63,885 bases of DNA from Gracilinanus agilis (lineage: Eukaryota). The stretch spans positions 696,779,087 to 696,842,971 of the forward strand of contig NC_058131.1 of the NCBI RefSeq assembly GCF_016433145.1. Reading direction: 5' to 3'. Made by a program: the position numbers and the translations under genes. The notes under the pieces were generated by a model. The model was not told the DNA's origin. It did not search any database and worked only from the letters and a program-made list of their open reading frames with translations. Below, in pieces: positions 12,910 through 26,330 of the stretch (position 1 is the stretch's first letter; every line of letters starts with the position of its first letter).

Positions 12910-13358
12910 TCTGTATAAGGAATCTTTCCAAAAATTAATACTATCTGGGACACATACATACTTGTGCATCTACATATGCACACATATATATGTATATGTA
13001 CAAACATATGTTGTATATACACATATACCTATATATCAGTTTCTTAATCTATTTCTATCTATCTATCTACCTAAAATTGTTGGGTAATTCAAATTGTGCT
13101 CCTAGATAAATTGAAATGTGCATGTGTGTACACACAAATACATTTTTACTGAACATAATTAAAAATTATATTAAACGAAGGGAAGCTGATAAAAGTATCA
13201 AAACTCAACTTTAAACTGAATTTAATCCTAAGGAATGTGTCAAATACTTAACAAATAATGGAAATAATAGATAATTTCATTAAAGATAAGGAAAAAAATA
13301 AGACCACATATCAGTAATTTGGGATACCAAAATAATCCTTAGGAAAATTAATATTTCT
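12540..13358 (+). mobile_element. Older, degenerate L1 ORF2 endonuclease-region fragment
   Basis: Decayed match to L1 EN-region motifs (GDFNLPLS..D, YQNLWD..K..LRGKFIS). Interrupted by a (TA)n array and by the younger L1; appears to resume briefly after 16646. Left boundary approximate. Confidence 0.6.
12859..12900 (+). repeat. (TA)21 microsatellite
   Basis: Direct read. Confidence 0.95.
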
Positions 13359-13843
13359 TTTTAAAAATTAGTTTCCCTTTTTTTATTTAGAAAAATTTTC
13401 CATGGTTATATGATTCATGATTTTGCCCCATCCCACTTGGTTCCCCCCTCCCAAGGCTGACAATCAGTTTCACTGGGTTATCCATGTATCATTGTTCAAA
13501 ACCTATTTCCATGTTATTCATATTTGCAGTAGATGATCTTTTAACATCAAAACTGCAATTATATACATATTGAACTATGTGATTGATCATAAGTTTTTTT
13601 CCTGCATTTCAGCTCCCACAGTTCTTTCTCTGGATGTGGAGAGCATCTTTCCCATAAGTCCCTCGGGATTGTCCTGGGTCATTGCGTTGCTGCTAGTAGA
13701 GAAGTCAGTTACATTTGATCATGCTACAGTGTATCCATCTCTGTGTACAATGTTCTCCTGGTTCTGCTCCTTTCAATCTGCATCAGTTCTTGGAGGTCAT
13801 TCCAGTTCACATGGAATTCCTCCAGTTCATTATTCCTTTGAGC

Positions 13844-14650
13844 TGTTGTAGGCAAACTTATAAAAAAAAATAGAAGCATAGGCAGAAAAATTGCCAAGCA
13901 GGGTAGCATGAGCTGAACATTCCGTGAAGCCTTAGAATACAGTGTATGTGACACAGAACTCTGGGACAGTTGGCTGCAACTGAGGAGGAAGTCTGTTTTT
14001 TGAACTCCCAAAAGCATCACCAGGATACCATCTACTCTGTGGGCAAGTGCAAGGTGGAGCTTGGGTTTACAGTTTTGGATGGTGGACTTTCATTTCTGTA
14101 CCAGCTCACTGTTTGTTACCTACTGAAATTACTGACTGATTATCATCTGGGACTTTGGAACATCTGAGACCACTGCTGGAAGGACAAGGATCCAGGAGTG
14201 AGACTCTAATGATCCCATCCTGCTTGGATCTTGATAGTGTTAGATTCAGTGTAGAAATCTGTTTCCCTTGTCTCTGATCCCTGTCCATAGTTAGTTAACC
14301 CAGTTAAGGAATCCTGGGTCCCACCTCCTTAATTATTTACCTTAATAAATCATTGTTTTTGTTTCCTGTCTGTTCTCCTTAACCTAGAAGAACCCTAGTT
14401 AAGATATATAAGTTCTCATTTTAATTCCCCAGCTGGCTGGAGGTTGGCTCACTGTAGTAACTGAATAACTGCCATTCCTCTATCTTGGTGTTACCCACTT
14501 TCTCAAGTCCTTACCCATCTTCAAGGGCTGAGTCAGTGAATGGTAATTACTTTAAGCTATAGTTACTGGGCACTCATTTAAATGTGTATTTTAATTAAAT
14601 GTACTAAATTCAGTTAATCTCGTGAAGTCAGTAACAGCCCACTTACTTCA
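13844..14650 (+). mobile_element. Solo LTR (ERV1-like) inserted in L1
   Basis: TG...CA termini and a 4-bp TSD GAGC (13840-13843 / 14651-14654). The L1 sequence rejoins seamlessly across it (ttcctttGAGC|acaatagtattcc). TATA-like gatatataag near 14403; AATAAA at 14344 and ATTAAA near 14597. Confidence 0.8.
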
Positions 14651-16040
14651 GAGCACAATAGTATTCCATCTCCAACAGATACCACAATTTGTTCAGCCAT
14701 TTCCCAATCGAGGGACACCCCCTAATTTTCTAATTTTTTGCCACCACAAAAATGAGGCTATAAATATTTTTGTACAAGTATATTTCCTTATCATATCTTG
14801 GGGTGCAAACCCAACAGTGCTATGGCTGGGTCAAACAGAAGACATTCTTTTAAATCCCTTTGGGCATAATTCCAAATTGCTCTCCAGAATGGTTGGACCA
14901 ATTCACAACTCCACCATCAGTGTATTAGTGTCCCAATTTTGCCACATCCCTTCCAACATTTATCACTTTTCTCTGCTACCATATTGGCCAGTTTGCTAGG
15001 TGTAGGGTTATACCTCAGAGTTGTTTTGATTTGATTTCTCTAATCAGGAGGGATTTAAAACACTTTTTCATGTGCTTATTGATAGTTTTGATTTCCTCAT
15101 GTGAATACTGCCTATTCATGTCCCTTGAATGTTTGTAGAATGGGGAATGGCTTGATTTTTTTTGTAAATTTGACTTAGTTTCTTATATATTTGGGAAATT
15201 AAACCTTTGTCAGAGAGTTTTGTTTTAAAAATATTTTCCAGTTTGTTGTTTTCCTTCTAATTTTGGTTGCACTGGTTTTGTTTACTTTTTAATTTGATAT
15301 AATCAAAGTCATTCATTTTATATTTTGCAATGTTCTCTATCTCTTGCTTGGTCTTAAATGCATTCCTTTCCCATAGATTTGACAGCTATACTATTCTATG
15401 ATCACCTAATTTATTTATGATTTCACTAATTATATTTAAGTAATTTACCCATTTTGGATTTATCTTGGTATAGGGTACAAGATGTTGATCTAAATCTATT
15501 TTTTCCCATACTGTTTTCCAATTTTCCCAGGAGTTTTTTGTCAAATAGAAAGTTCTTGTCCCCAAAGCTGGAGTCTTTGGGTTTATCATTCATTATCTTG
15601 CTGAAGTCATTTACTCCAAGTCTATCCCATTGATCCTCCCTTTTGTCTCTTATCCAGTACCATATTGTTTTTATGACCACTGCTTTATAGTACAGTTTAA
15701 GATCTGTTACTGCTAGGCCTGCATCCTTCACATTTTTTTCATTATTTCCCTTGATATTCTTGATCTCTTGTTCTTCCAAATGAACTTTGTTATAGTTTTT
15801 TCTAATTCTGTAAAAAAAGTTTTTTGTAGTTCGATAGGTATGGCACTGAATAAGTAGATTAATTTGGGTATGATGGTCATTTTTATTATATTTGCTCATC
15901 CTACCTAGAGCAATTAATGTTTTTCCAGTTGTTTAGATCTAGTTTTAATTGTGTGAAAAGTATTTTGTAGTCGTGTTCATATAATTCCCATGTTTATTAT
16001 ATTGGCAGATAGATTCCTAAATATTTTACATTGTCTGGAA

Positions 16041-16238
16041 CAGTGATGGGCAAACTACAGTCTGTGGGCCAGATGCAGCCCCCTGAAATGTTCTATCTGT
16101 TATCTGCCTCAGAACATTATTCCTAATCTGATGAATACAATGAGTAGGATACAATACAATGAAACTTTGAAAGAGTTGATTGACAGAGGAACATTTCCTT
16201 TCCTTTGGCCCCATCTTTAAAAAGTTTACCCATCACTG
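16041..16238. mobile_element. hAT MITE, 198 bp, nested in L1
   Basis: TIRs cagtgatgggcaaact / agtttacccatcactg; TSD GTCTGGAA / GTCTAGAG. Same family as 43110-43314. Confidence 0.88.
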
Positions 16239-17912
16239 GTCTAGAGTGATTTTAAATGGAGTTTCTCTTTCTAACTTTTGCTGCTGAGTTTTGTTGGAAG
16301 TATATAGAAATGTTGATGATTTATGTGGGTTTATCTTATACCCTTCAACTTTGCTAAAGTCGTTAATTATTTCCACTAGTCTTATAGTTGACTTTCTGGG
16401 GTTCTTTAAGAATACCATCATATTATCTGGAAAGAGCGATAGCTTAGTTTACTCATTGCCTACTTTAATCACTTCAATTTCCTTTTCTTCTTCAATTGCT
16501 ATTGCTAGTGTTTCTAGAACAATATTAAATAATAGAGGTGATAATGGGCATCCTTGTTTCACTTCTGAACTTACTGGGAAGGCTTCTAACTTGTCCCCAT
16601 TACAGATGATACTTGCTGATGGCTTTAAATGGAAATTTATATTTCTAAACACTTTTAATAACAAAAAGCAACAACAGCAACAAAAACCTTTGCAGATTGT
16701 CAGTCATCAACAGCTACTCATTGCGTGTAATTCTTCTTTGTGTCCTCCCATAAATTTGTTTCCCACTGTACTGACGGCCTTTCTCACTATCCCTTGGCAA
16801 AATCAGTGAGGCAAGATAGAAAAATCTTTAGTGCGGACAAATCAAGAAAGGAAGCTGGAGAGTAACAGGACACTGATTTACCAGGAAATGTAGTTCTAGA
16901 TGAGAAAAATTCCAATACTTTTCAATCAAAGTAAAATATAAACTTGTTAATTGAAGCTTTCACATGGAGGAAATTTATGGAAATCACAGTCCTGTAAATT
17001 AACATTTGCCCCAGATCTAAGGGAAGTCATGCCAGGCCTAGAGGAAATTAAGAAAATCAAGAAAATTAGACAGGCTATCTACATCCAATTGGAAAAGTTC
17101 CTAGTAACTCCAATTTATTTTTCAGGGTAAAGATGGGATTGGAGAGGAGGCAGAGAGCAGAGATGAAAGATTTTAAGTGCTTGAGATTTTGTGTGTGTCT
17201 TCATTTGAGGCTGGTATTTTGTTAGTCCACTGCTAGGCCAGTACGAGCCTTAGGGGTTCCACGTTATCACGATTGCCTAGATGTCTTTAATTCCCTAAAT
17301 CATTTTCTAGCCATTTGGTCCATTTTGACCTGGCCAAGAATGATAAAGCTGGTCTCTCCATATATAATTTACCAAAAGGGGGAAAAGGCTTTATTCATGG
17401 CTCCTTTCTGATGTGTTTTAAGGATTTCATGAAACTTTCTGACATACAGATTTTAGCCACATAACTTTCAGGTGGTCAAAGCTGAAGGAGGATATCCTTT
17501 CATCTCTTTGTAACACCCAGAAATTACAATTTCCTCTTATTTAAATCCTTATGTTATACACAGAAAACATGCAATTTCACCTTTATTTTCAGCCTGTTTT
17601 CCTCCCTGCCCTCACACTAGCACTATGTCTATGCCAGCTACTCTTGACTCATGGAACCAGGAATGACCCTCATAGAAGAACCACTATGCCAGTCTATCAA
17701 CTGATGAATCAAGGATTCCTGAATCACCTATTATGTGTCAGCTCGTGCAAAGAATTGAGCTAGGAGCTTCGAACCTGACCCATACAGTCAAGATGAGTCG
17801 GGACAAATCACCGAATCTCTCTGGGTACCAACTTGCTCATTTGTACAATGAAGCTGAGAATAGTGAGAGGATTTAACCTACATGCTTGCCTTGAGGAAAG
17901 CACACTATAAAC

Positions 17913-18120
17913 CAGGGGTTGGCAACCTTTTTGGTCATGAGAGCCATAAATGCCACATTTTTTAAAATGTAATTTCATGAGAGTCGTACAGTGCTCACAG
18001 TGCAGCTCCTGTAACAGTGCCTGAAAAAAAAAATGGACTTTATGGCTCCTGCAGAAAGAGCCCTTTTTGGCCCTCAAAAGAGCCAGATATGGTTCGAGAG
18101 CCATATGTTGCTGACCCCTG
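17913..18120. mobile_element. hAT MITE, 208 bp
   Basis: TIRs caggggttggcaac / gttgctgacccctg; perfect 8-bp TSD CTATAAAC (17905-17912 / 18121-18128). Confidence 0.9.
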
Positions 18121-19792
18121 CTATAAACCATAAAGCACTATGGAGAAGAATTCTTTGTGCTATCCTGATGGTGTTTCTAATGATTATAGAAAAATTTCCT
18201 GGTGCCCTGACAGCGATGGGGATAATGACCATGGCATTGGGAATGTTCTCTCATTCTACCACCATCACCTCCCTTTCCTTCACTGCAGAAAGGATGCAGA
18301 CAAGGACTTTAGTAATAGGATCTTGATTAGAATGGTGGTTTTGGAGGAAAAAAAAGATGAGGAGAAGGAAGATAGGTGAGTGCTGATGAGAGCTCCGATT
18401 TCTTTAGCAGTTGGTCACTCACAAAAGACATTCCTTTTTTATACATTTTTTTCAGGTTGATAGAAGGCAGATTTTATATCGAAGCCATTCACAAGGGTTC
18501 CAAGTTACCATTCCATCTTTAGCTCTCACACCCTCTTCTCCTACATGCACTTGAGTCAAATTGGCCTCATGTGATTCAATCAAGGCAGTCTCCTGTCTTC
18601 ATGGTTTTTAGAGGATTTTGTTCTGAAAAAAAAAACCTTCCTTATCTCCATTTTTTAATAATTCCTAAATTTCTTTAAGTGTAAGTTCAAATATCCTATT
18701 CTATATAGAGAATTTCCTGATCTTCCAAGTAGCTAGTGCCTATCCTCTATAATCGCTTTGTATTTATTTTGGTATACATATCTGAATAGAAATCTGTATC
18801 TTCCTATGTCTATAGTCTATCTAGATTTATGTCTATCTATATTTATATCAATCTATAGATACTTATGTCTATCTACTTTATGATAGATATAGAGTATCTA
18901 CTATATCTATCTATAGCCATATTGATCTATCCATCTACTCTCTATCTCTCTATAGTTATGTTTGTCTATACATACATATGGAGAGAGCCATATATTTGGT
19001 ATTCCCAAAGTCTTAGGATAACTTTAAACTTTAATTGCCTAAAATTAAATTAAGCCTTATAACTTAAAGATGTGTGTAGGTATGTTACACACACATTTGT
19101 ATACATAGATAGAGTCTTCCTTTGTTAGGCAACAATAACCATCATCATTATCACCATCACCATTTTTGTAACTTTTTAGGTTTGCCAAGAACTTTATCCA
19201 CAACTCTGTAAGGCAGGTATTATTACCACCCCCATTTTATAGATAAAAGTAACTGAAGTTGGGAGCAGTCAAGTTACCTGTTTGAGGTAATAGATTAGTA
19301 AGGATCTAAGGTAAGATTTGAACTCAGGTCTTCTTAACTCTAATCACAATTGTATCTCCTGCACTTATTTGTATAGCCCTGGAACATAGCAGAAATATTG
19401 GCATATCTTAATCAACCAAACAGTCAGTAAATATTAAGCACCTCTGATGTGCTAGGCACTGCAGTAAATAAGGGGGATATAAAAGCAAGAAATCAAGACA
19501 GTCTCTGCCCTGACAGAATTTACAATCTCAAAGGAAATGATAGTCTACCAAAGGAAACTGAGAAGCTGTAAGAGGAGAAGGGAGGGAGGTACCAGGCATG
19601 GAATAAAAAAGTCGAAAGGAGAACAGCCAAGTGGTAAATGAAGAGAGAACTGGCATGGCTAGGCATTCTCCTCAGATGAAGGATTTGGGAGGAACTCTCT
19701 GCTCTAACATCCAATCAGAGAGATCCAGGGGGCAGGTACTAATGAAGTGTGAGTACTAAGGCTGATTTCGTCTTATAAACTGATGAGGTTCT

Positions 19793-20452
19793 TGTAAGAA
19801 ATTAAATTTACGGGTTCAACTAAATATGAGACTTCTATAGTAATATTGTGGTCACTGATTTAAAGATATTATAACTAAAGTCAAAAATGATTTTAGTAGC
19901 TTTATTTAGAAAGAGTGAAATTGGAAAAAGGAGAGTAAAGACCTAAAACCTACCAGCCCTTCTCTAGTAATGTGAGGCTCAGCCCCACAGGAGCTTCCCC
20001 ATGTCTGGTAGTGTCTTTAGCTACAGCTACTCATTTGCCCAAGGCAAAGTCCTCCAACATGGAAGTCCAAAGTTGAAGATCCAGGAGCAGTCCTTCAAGA
20101 AGAGTCCAAGAGCCAAGGTCCCAAGTCAAAGTTGAAGTCCCAGTCCAAAGCCACCTCCAACAGGCAAATCACCAGCCAAAGAACCCTGGTCAGGAAATTC
20201 AGGACTTTTTATAGTACTTTTTCCATGTCCCTTCCTGTCCCTTCCTCCACTTTATGGGAACCAATTGCAGTCTTTCAATTTGCTTAGCACTACCCAGGGG
20301 GTGGTCAGTCACCTCTGGAGTTGTCACCCACTTTAGCAAGTGACTTACAAACATTCTTACTTAGTGTTATGTAGGAGGTGCTTAAGTTTTTTGATTGATT
20401 AGCTTAAAAATTGCTGATTGATAGACAAAGAAAGTTTGATTCACTCTTCACA
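19793..20452 (-). mobile_element. Solo LTR (ERV-type)
   Basis: TG...CA termini and a 4-bp TSD TTCT (19789-19792 / 20453-20456). On the minus strand, TATA lies near 20207 and AATAAA at 19901-19906. Termini resemble the element at 57511. Confidence 0.8.
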
Positions 20453-20689
20453 TTCTGGATATTGAGATATTCGGGGCCCTGAAGATGAAGACTAAAGGAA
20501 CTTAATGGAATAGCAAAAGAAGAGCTGGCTACCCCGGGTAATTGGAAAATTAAAGGGCACCATCTAGATACTTAAGTAATTGTTGATCAATGATTCAGTC
20601 ACACACAAGGATAGTCACAATATTAATCTCCCCCACCATCCATATTTATGTTACTTCTATGGCCTATAATTCTGAAATTACTCTCTAGA

Positions 20690-21091
20690 TCTTTCCACTC
20701 CCAATTTCCCCTGTGGAGCATTAGTCCCTAATTGGCTCTCCATTCTCACTGGGCTCTCTAGTCCCTGAGCCCCTTTCTGATTTCTTTTCTTTTCTTTTTT
20801 TTCATCAACTTGAGCCTCTATTTGATCACTTTAGCTATAGACTAGGAACTACTCCTCAATCCATAATTCTCTTTTCCCAATACCAGTATCAATTTACAAA
20901 AACTTCACTGAGTATTACTGCAGCCATCTTCTTTCTACTCATAATCAACTGAATATTCCCTGAGGAAGTTATGATACTGTGAAATTGTGCCAAAATGAGT
21001 TACTACAAACATGTATTCTGGGTACTCACTGCTGCATGACATTCTGTTTATTCAATTTACTTTTCCCCCCTACTGCTTTTAGGAACAAATT

Positions 21092-21142
<51 letters not shown>

Positions 21143-21760
21143 AATGTATATATATATATATATATACATGTGTGTATGTATGTGTAAAGTCTGACTTTAA
21201 TATTTTCTTCTTTCCTTAGACAATCAATAGCCTCCTCTTTCCTCCCTTTCAGCAGATAATTTTTGCCTCCTACAGAACTGAGCAGAGAGGCTATCTGTTG
21301 TGAACTCCTGATTACCTTAGTCCACAATTGCTCATGTTCATTTTTATTCTCTTTACTTTTTGCTCCCATATTTCTGAGAAACTTACATATAATTTTTTTC
21401 TTGATATAATTCCATTCCATATCTTTTGGGAGTTTCAGTCTTTCATTTTCTTTCCCTCATCTTAGATCTTTCTTCATTCATTGGCTTCTTTTCCAGTATA
21501 TGCACTTATTTCTAGGTTTCCCATAAAAAATAATACAGGTTTGATGCAAACTTCCATCCCTTATTTCTATTGCTCATATTATTTAATTGACCTCCCAAGG
21601 TTGGTTGCCTTCATTTTCTTATATCCTATTCACTTGTTAGTTCCCTGAAATAAAGGTTCTCATTTCATCCCATCAATGGAATTGTTCTCTCTAAAGGATT
21701 CAAATATTTGTTAATGGCTAAATCCAGTGGTCTTCTCTTTTCATTCTTTTTTATCTCTGC
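20690..21760 (+). mobile_element. Ancient L2 fragments interrupted by a (TA)n/(CA)n array
   Basis: L2-like text, e.g. ggaattgttctctctaaagg...tggctaaatccagtggtcttctc. Boundaries approximate. Confidence 0.5.
21093..21185 (+). repeat. Compound (TACA)/(TA)/(CA)/(TA)/(TG) microsatellite
   Basis: Direct read. Confidence 0.9.
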
Positions 21761-22360
21761 AAGATTGTTCATTGTCATAAACACAGAAACACTATTTTTA
21801 TCTTCTTTACCATTTATATTAATTTCTAAATAAAATAAAATATATGTTACATAACTAATATAATATACATGATTAGTTATGTGTAATAAATTATAATAAC
21901 ATGCTTATCCAAGAGAAACAAATACTCACTTCAGTTATGTCCAAAAATTTGTTTCATTCTTTTTTTCCCCCTCATTCCCTTCCCTCCCCCTTTCCCTCTC
22001 TCCTCTCCAAGAAGGCAGGTAATATGATATTGGTTGTACATATGTTTTCATATAATGCATATTTTCCTGTTCATCATGTTGAAAAATAAGACATATCGCT
22101 TACACTACAGAAAAATAATGCAGGAAAATAAGTGAAGAATGCTATACTTCAATCTACATTTGGGTTCTTTCTATTTATTCTTTGGCAGTGGCTATTTTTT
22201 TTTTTTTTGTTATGAGTTCCTTGGAGTTATCTTGGATTCTTGCCTTGTTGATAATAGTTAAGTCATTCACAGTTGATCATCATACATTGTTGTTACTGGA
22301 TTTCTCCTGATTCTGCTCACTTCACTCTACTTCACTTCATTTAAGATGTTTTTGTGATCA
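21760..22360 (-). mobile_element. Older marsupial L1 3' UTR fragment
   Basis: gagttccttggagttatcttggattcttgccttgttgataatagttaagtcattcacagttgatcatcatac is the antisense L1 3' UTR. Boundaries approximate. Confidence 0.6.
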
Positions 22361-23739
22361 TCTTGTTGCAGTCAACTAGTGTTTATCTAGTTGACTGCAA
22401 CTTAACTTTGCTTGGATAATCCCTCTTCCTCCAGACACCCAAGCATATGTTTGATGATCCTCAGGGTAAAAATGATATCCACCTAAGTAAGTTTCAAGAT
22501 TGAATGATAACAGACTTAGGGAAAGAGAAACGGGGAACTGAAAGAAAGAGGGCTAAAGGAAATTCTTGACTAAAGCTACAGATGATCAGGTGACATTAAA
22601 TCTCTCTCAGTTGCAACCTGGCCAGACCAGACTGCTTTAACCTGAACCAGGTTGTTCGATGGTATTTGGTGTTGCTTCTTCTTTGATGATTAATTGATTA
22701 GGATGTATAGTATAGATTCAGGATTGGAAACTAAGGTATTGATCAATATTGGCTGCTGGTATCCTAAATTGACTTTTGGCCTACCCAACCAACCAAAACC
22801 TCTCACCAAAGCCCTTCTCCAAATTGAGACCCCCTTTGGTCCAAAATCCTGCTATTTATAGTCGTCCTAGCAACTGACTTTTGCCCTTGCTGGCTCATGG
22901 GAAGCTTGGTTGATTCTAAGTTCCAAACCGCTAAATGTCAATCATTCTGCTCTCCATTTTGCATAGCAGAAATGATGTTACACTGGCTGCTCACAAGCAC
23001 ATGGCTTTCAGATGTTTCTGTCAGAAAAAAATAAACTTTGAAATTCCATTGAGGCTGTCTTTTTTTTCATACACATGAGATCTTAGACTTATTAGCCTTA
23101 CCTATTACCTGCCTCTCAGCAAGTTATCCATTTCAGCATAAGATTTTACATGTATTCGTTTCTTGATGGCTATTTGTGTTTGGGTTTTTGTTGAGCTTTT
23201 GCTTTATTTACTTATTTATTTTACTGAGGCCAGACTAGTAGTCCTTAGTACATGAGATGAGTAGAAAACCTGGGTCATATTAACAAGCTACCATCATGGC
23301 ATGATTCTAATGCACACGCCTCTCTTCTTTCTTGGCAATAAAAGATGACAACCTCTTCCAAAGGGTCATTAATAGAAAATAGAAGTCCAGAGTGCCATTA
23401 TAAGAACACTTTATGGGACCACATTCGTTTTCGCCCCCATAGCTTTTGTAAAGTAAATAGACATCTAAAATGATTCTGGAGGACTTGAATCATGCAGATA
23501 TTTTACACATATGTGTGTGAATGGGAGAGACAGTCTATTAATTGTTATGAGTGTTATTGGTAAGGAGAGTAACTTTCTGATTTATAATATTACCAGGCTT
23601 TCCCAAGCAGTTTGATTCATATATTTATTTTGTGGACTGGTTTCGTACCCTTCTGTTCACCTCATATTCCTTTCTTTTCATAAAATTTCATTTTTTTTGC
23701 CTGATAACTTGACTGTTCCTCCTCAGCCTTTTTGCTGGA

Positions 23740-24130
23740 TGATCACCTTTCCTTCCCTATCTCCCAGCTTATGTATCCTGTGACCCCATCTTTAACAAGT
23801 CTGGGATTTCATCCGATCCTAGGCATTCAGTGATCATTTCTATGAAGACGATTTCCAAGCCTTTATTTCAACTCGAATATTTCATCAGAATTCCAATCCC
23901 CTATTTCCAACTGCCTGCTGGGCATCTCCATTTAGATGTCTGGAAGCCATCTCGAACTCACCATGTCTAAAGTAGTCCTCCTTGTTTCCCATTTTCTGTT
24001 AATGACACCACCATCAATCTGCTCACACAGGATTACACCCTTTGGGTCAGCCTTGACCTTTCTCTTCTTCATCCCACATCTATAATTCTTCGCAAAGATT
24101 CTACCTCAGGTCTGCCTGTATGCAGCCCCT
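23740..24130 (+). mobile_element. Ancient L2 fragment
   Basis: atttccaactgcctgctgggcatctccatttagatgtc...catctcgaactcaccatgtctaaa is a characteristic L2 segment. Confidence 0.6.
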
Positions 24131-24968
24131 TTTCAATTCATTTGTCATGGGGCTCAGAAGCTCAGGGATGGAGAGCACAGCCTCCTGAAGGGTTTCTCTC
24201 CTTCTTCTATAATGTGTCCCTCACACAGTCATGCTTCAGACAGACATATACACTAGGAATTAGATCTGCCCAGCTTAGACTTCCCTCTACTTAGTCAAAA
24301 TTGACAAAAATAGATACCTAAAATAATTCAATAGTTTCCTAATCACTTTAGGATAAAAGACCCAAATCTTTAGACTGGCATCATTCAAACTTTTCACGCA
24401 ATTTTATTTCTACCTCATTTTCTAGTCTTGTCTCAGATGAAGACATCTCATATGCTCTCAATTTTTATTGAACTGGCCTGCTACCATTCCTCCTGAACGG
24501 ACTAGCCGGTCCCTCCAGCTGACTTTTGCAAAAAATAGTCTTCTCCTAGTGGGGATGTACTCAAGCCCTCAGCATAATGGCGTCTGAGAATCCCCATCCT
24601 TGATGGTCCTTTTGCTCTGAGACTGGTCCTGACCCTCTCAGTTATAAGTATATTCTCCAGCTGGAAACTGTTTGCACATGCTTCACCTTCACTTTTATAC
24701 TTTGCTGTATCCCTGGCCTCTCACAATTTAAGTTCCTTGTGGTCAGGGGCTCTTGTCTTTGGGCTTTGTAAACCTACACCCTGGTAGAGTGTGTTTCATT
24801 TAGAAAATAAACAAAAAATCTGTGTCAGTGATTTCCAAGACATAGGAACCTCCAGGGAAGAAATTCCCTTCTAGGATGTCTGTCAGCTTCTGCGGCATAG
24901 TTGTAGCTCTTCCTTTGGATAAGTTCTTAGACCTGCCTAGGGTCACTCTGACCATAGAGGTGCCTCCC

Positions 24969-25187
24969 TTTTTTCTTTCTTTTTTCTTTTTTAAACCCTT
25001 ACCTTCCATCTTAGAACCAATACTGTGTATTGGTTTCAAGGCAGAAGAGTGTTAAGGGCTCAGCAATGAGGGTTAAGTGACTTGCCCAAGGTCACACAGC
25101 AAGGAAGAGTCTGAGGCCAGATTTTAATCCAGGATCTCCCATCTCTGAGCCTGGCTCTCAATCCATTGAGTCACCCAGCTGCCCCCT
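24969..25187 (-). mobile_element. Opossum-type SINE1
   Basis: Full aaacccttaccttccatcttagaaccaatactgtgtattggtttcaaggcagaagag...cagctgcccc; TSD ggtgcctccc / ggtgccttcc. Confidence 0.88.
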
Positions 25188-26305
25188 GGTGCCTTCCTGA
25201 TTGTGATGTAAAGTAAATAATTTCTGCCTTGAACATGATAGGCTTTTTACTAAGTGCAAAGCTGTAAAATTAGTTTGAAGCTCCAATAGACAAGTGACTT
25301 TCTCAGGGTCATACAATCAGTCAATCAACATTTATTAAATACCTACTATGTGCCAGGTAAGGCAGCAAGATGACTCAGTGTATAAATCTGGGCCTGGAGG
25401 AAGGAAGATGTGTTCAGATATCTGAGTGATCCTGGGCAAGTCATTCATCTTGGGTTTATCTTAATCCACTGTACAAGGAAATGACAAATCACTCCAGTAT
25501 CTTTGATGAGGCTCTCCTCCCCTCCCCCAAAAAAGTATCATGAAGAGTTGGACCATACCGAAAGAATGAACAGTAATGTGCAAGGCACTGTGGTATATTC
25601 TGGGGATGCTACAGTCTAGTGGGGAAGAAGCTTGCAAGCATCTCTATCCAAGGCAGAGAAGGGAGGCGCGGGAATCTGGAGGGAGGGAGGCCCGGTTCAG
25701 GGGATCTTGAACCCAGTTCGGTTCTCCTGCCCCGGCGTCCCCCTGGGTCAGGGTGCCGCAGTGGAAAACACTCGAGTCGCCAGTGTCCGATTGGGCACGG
25801 CCTCTCGCTCGCTGGCCTCAATTTTCTCCCCAGTGACTAGGTGGCGGGCGCGGTTGAACCGTCTCTCGCTCAGCAGCTCATCCATCACCCACAGACTCCC
25901 CCAGCCTCAGATGCTGCGCCGGCCAGCCTGGAGCTTCCCTCCCCCTGGACCCTCCACCTCCTGGCCTCGGCCAGGCTCTTCCCGGGCATAGAGAAGAAAC
26001 GCTAGGCAATGCCCTCCGTGCCCTCCGGCTCCGCTGCTAGCTTCAGTCCCCAGCCCGACCCACCATGCTGGCCCAGAGAAACAGGCAGCTTTTAGGGGCA
26101 GCGCCCAGCCTCGGGGCCCGAGGAGGTGGCCAGCGGCCCGCATCCTTCCTACCCTTGTCCGATGCCCCTTCTCACCCCCCGGGTGGGCCAGCGAGGGCAG
26201 AGCCCTGCTGGATGCGGGGGATGTGGTGGAGAGCCACCCTAGAACCCCTCAGTGAAGCGGAGGGGGCGGTGGGGGTGGAGCTAGTGGGAAGAGGGCGGAG
26301 CCTTC

Positions 26306-26330
26306 GGGAGGGGCAGGACCAGGGGCGGGG
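26306..26330 (+). promoter_or_regulatory. Putative G-quadruplex motif in promoter
   Basis: GGG-A-GGGG-CAGGACCA-GGGG-C-GGGG (loops 1, 8, 1). Further G-runs lie at 26262-26295. Confidence 0.55.

Larger units (their letters stand above)
13359..16630 (-). mobile_element. 5'-truncated marsupial L1 (3' ORF2 + 3' UTR) with two nested insertions
   Basis: ORF2 remnants in the track: 15426-15899 (DLKLYYKAVVIKTIWYW) and 16449-16664 ([18 protein letters not shown]-like). L1 3' UTR lies at the left end. Degenerate TSD ggaaaattaatatttct (13342-13358) / ggaaatttatatttct (16631-16646), with a TT/AGAA endonuclease site on the minus strand. Confidence 0.9.

Noticed and set aside
15426-16664. L1 ORF2-like ORFs as a potentially active or domesticated gene
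   Set aside because: Fragmented by stops and frameshifts, 5'-truncated and interrupted by a MITE.
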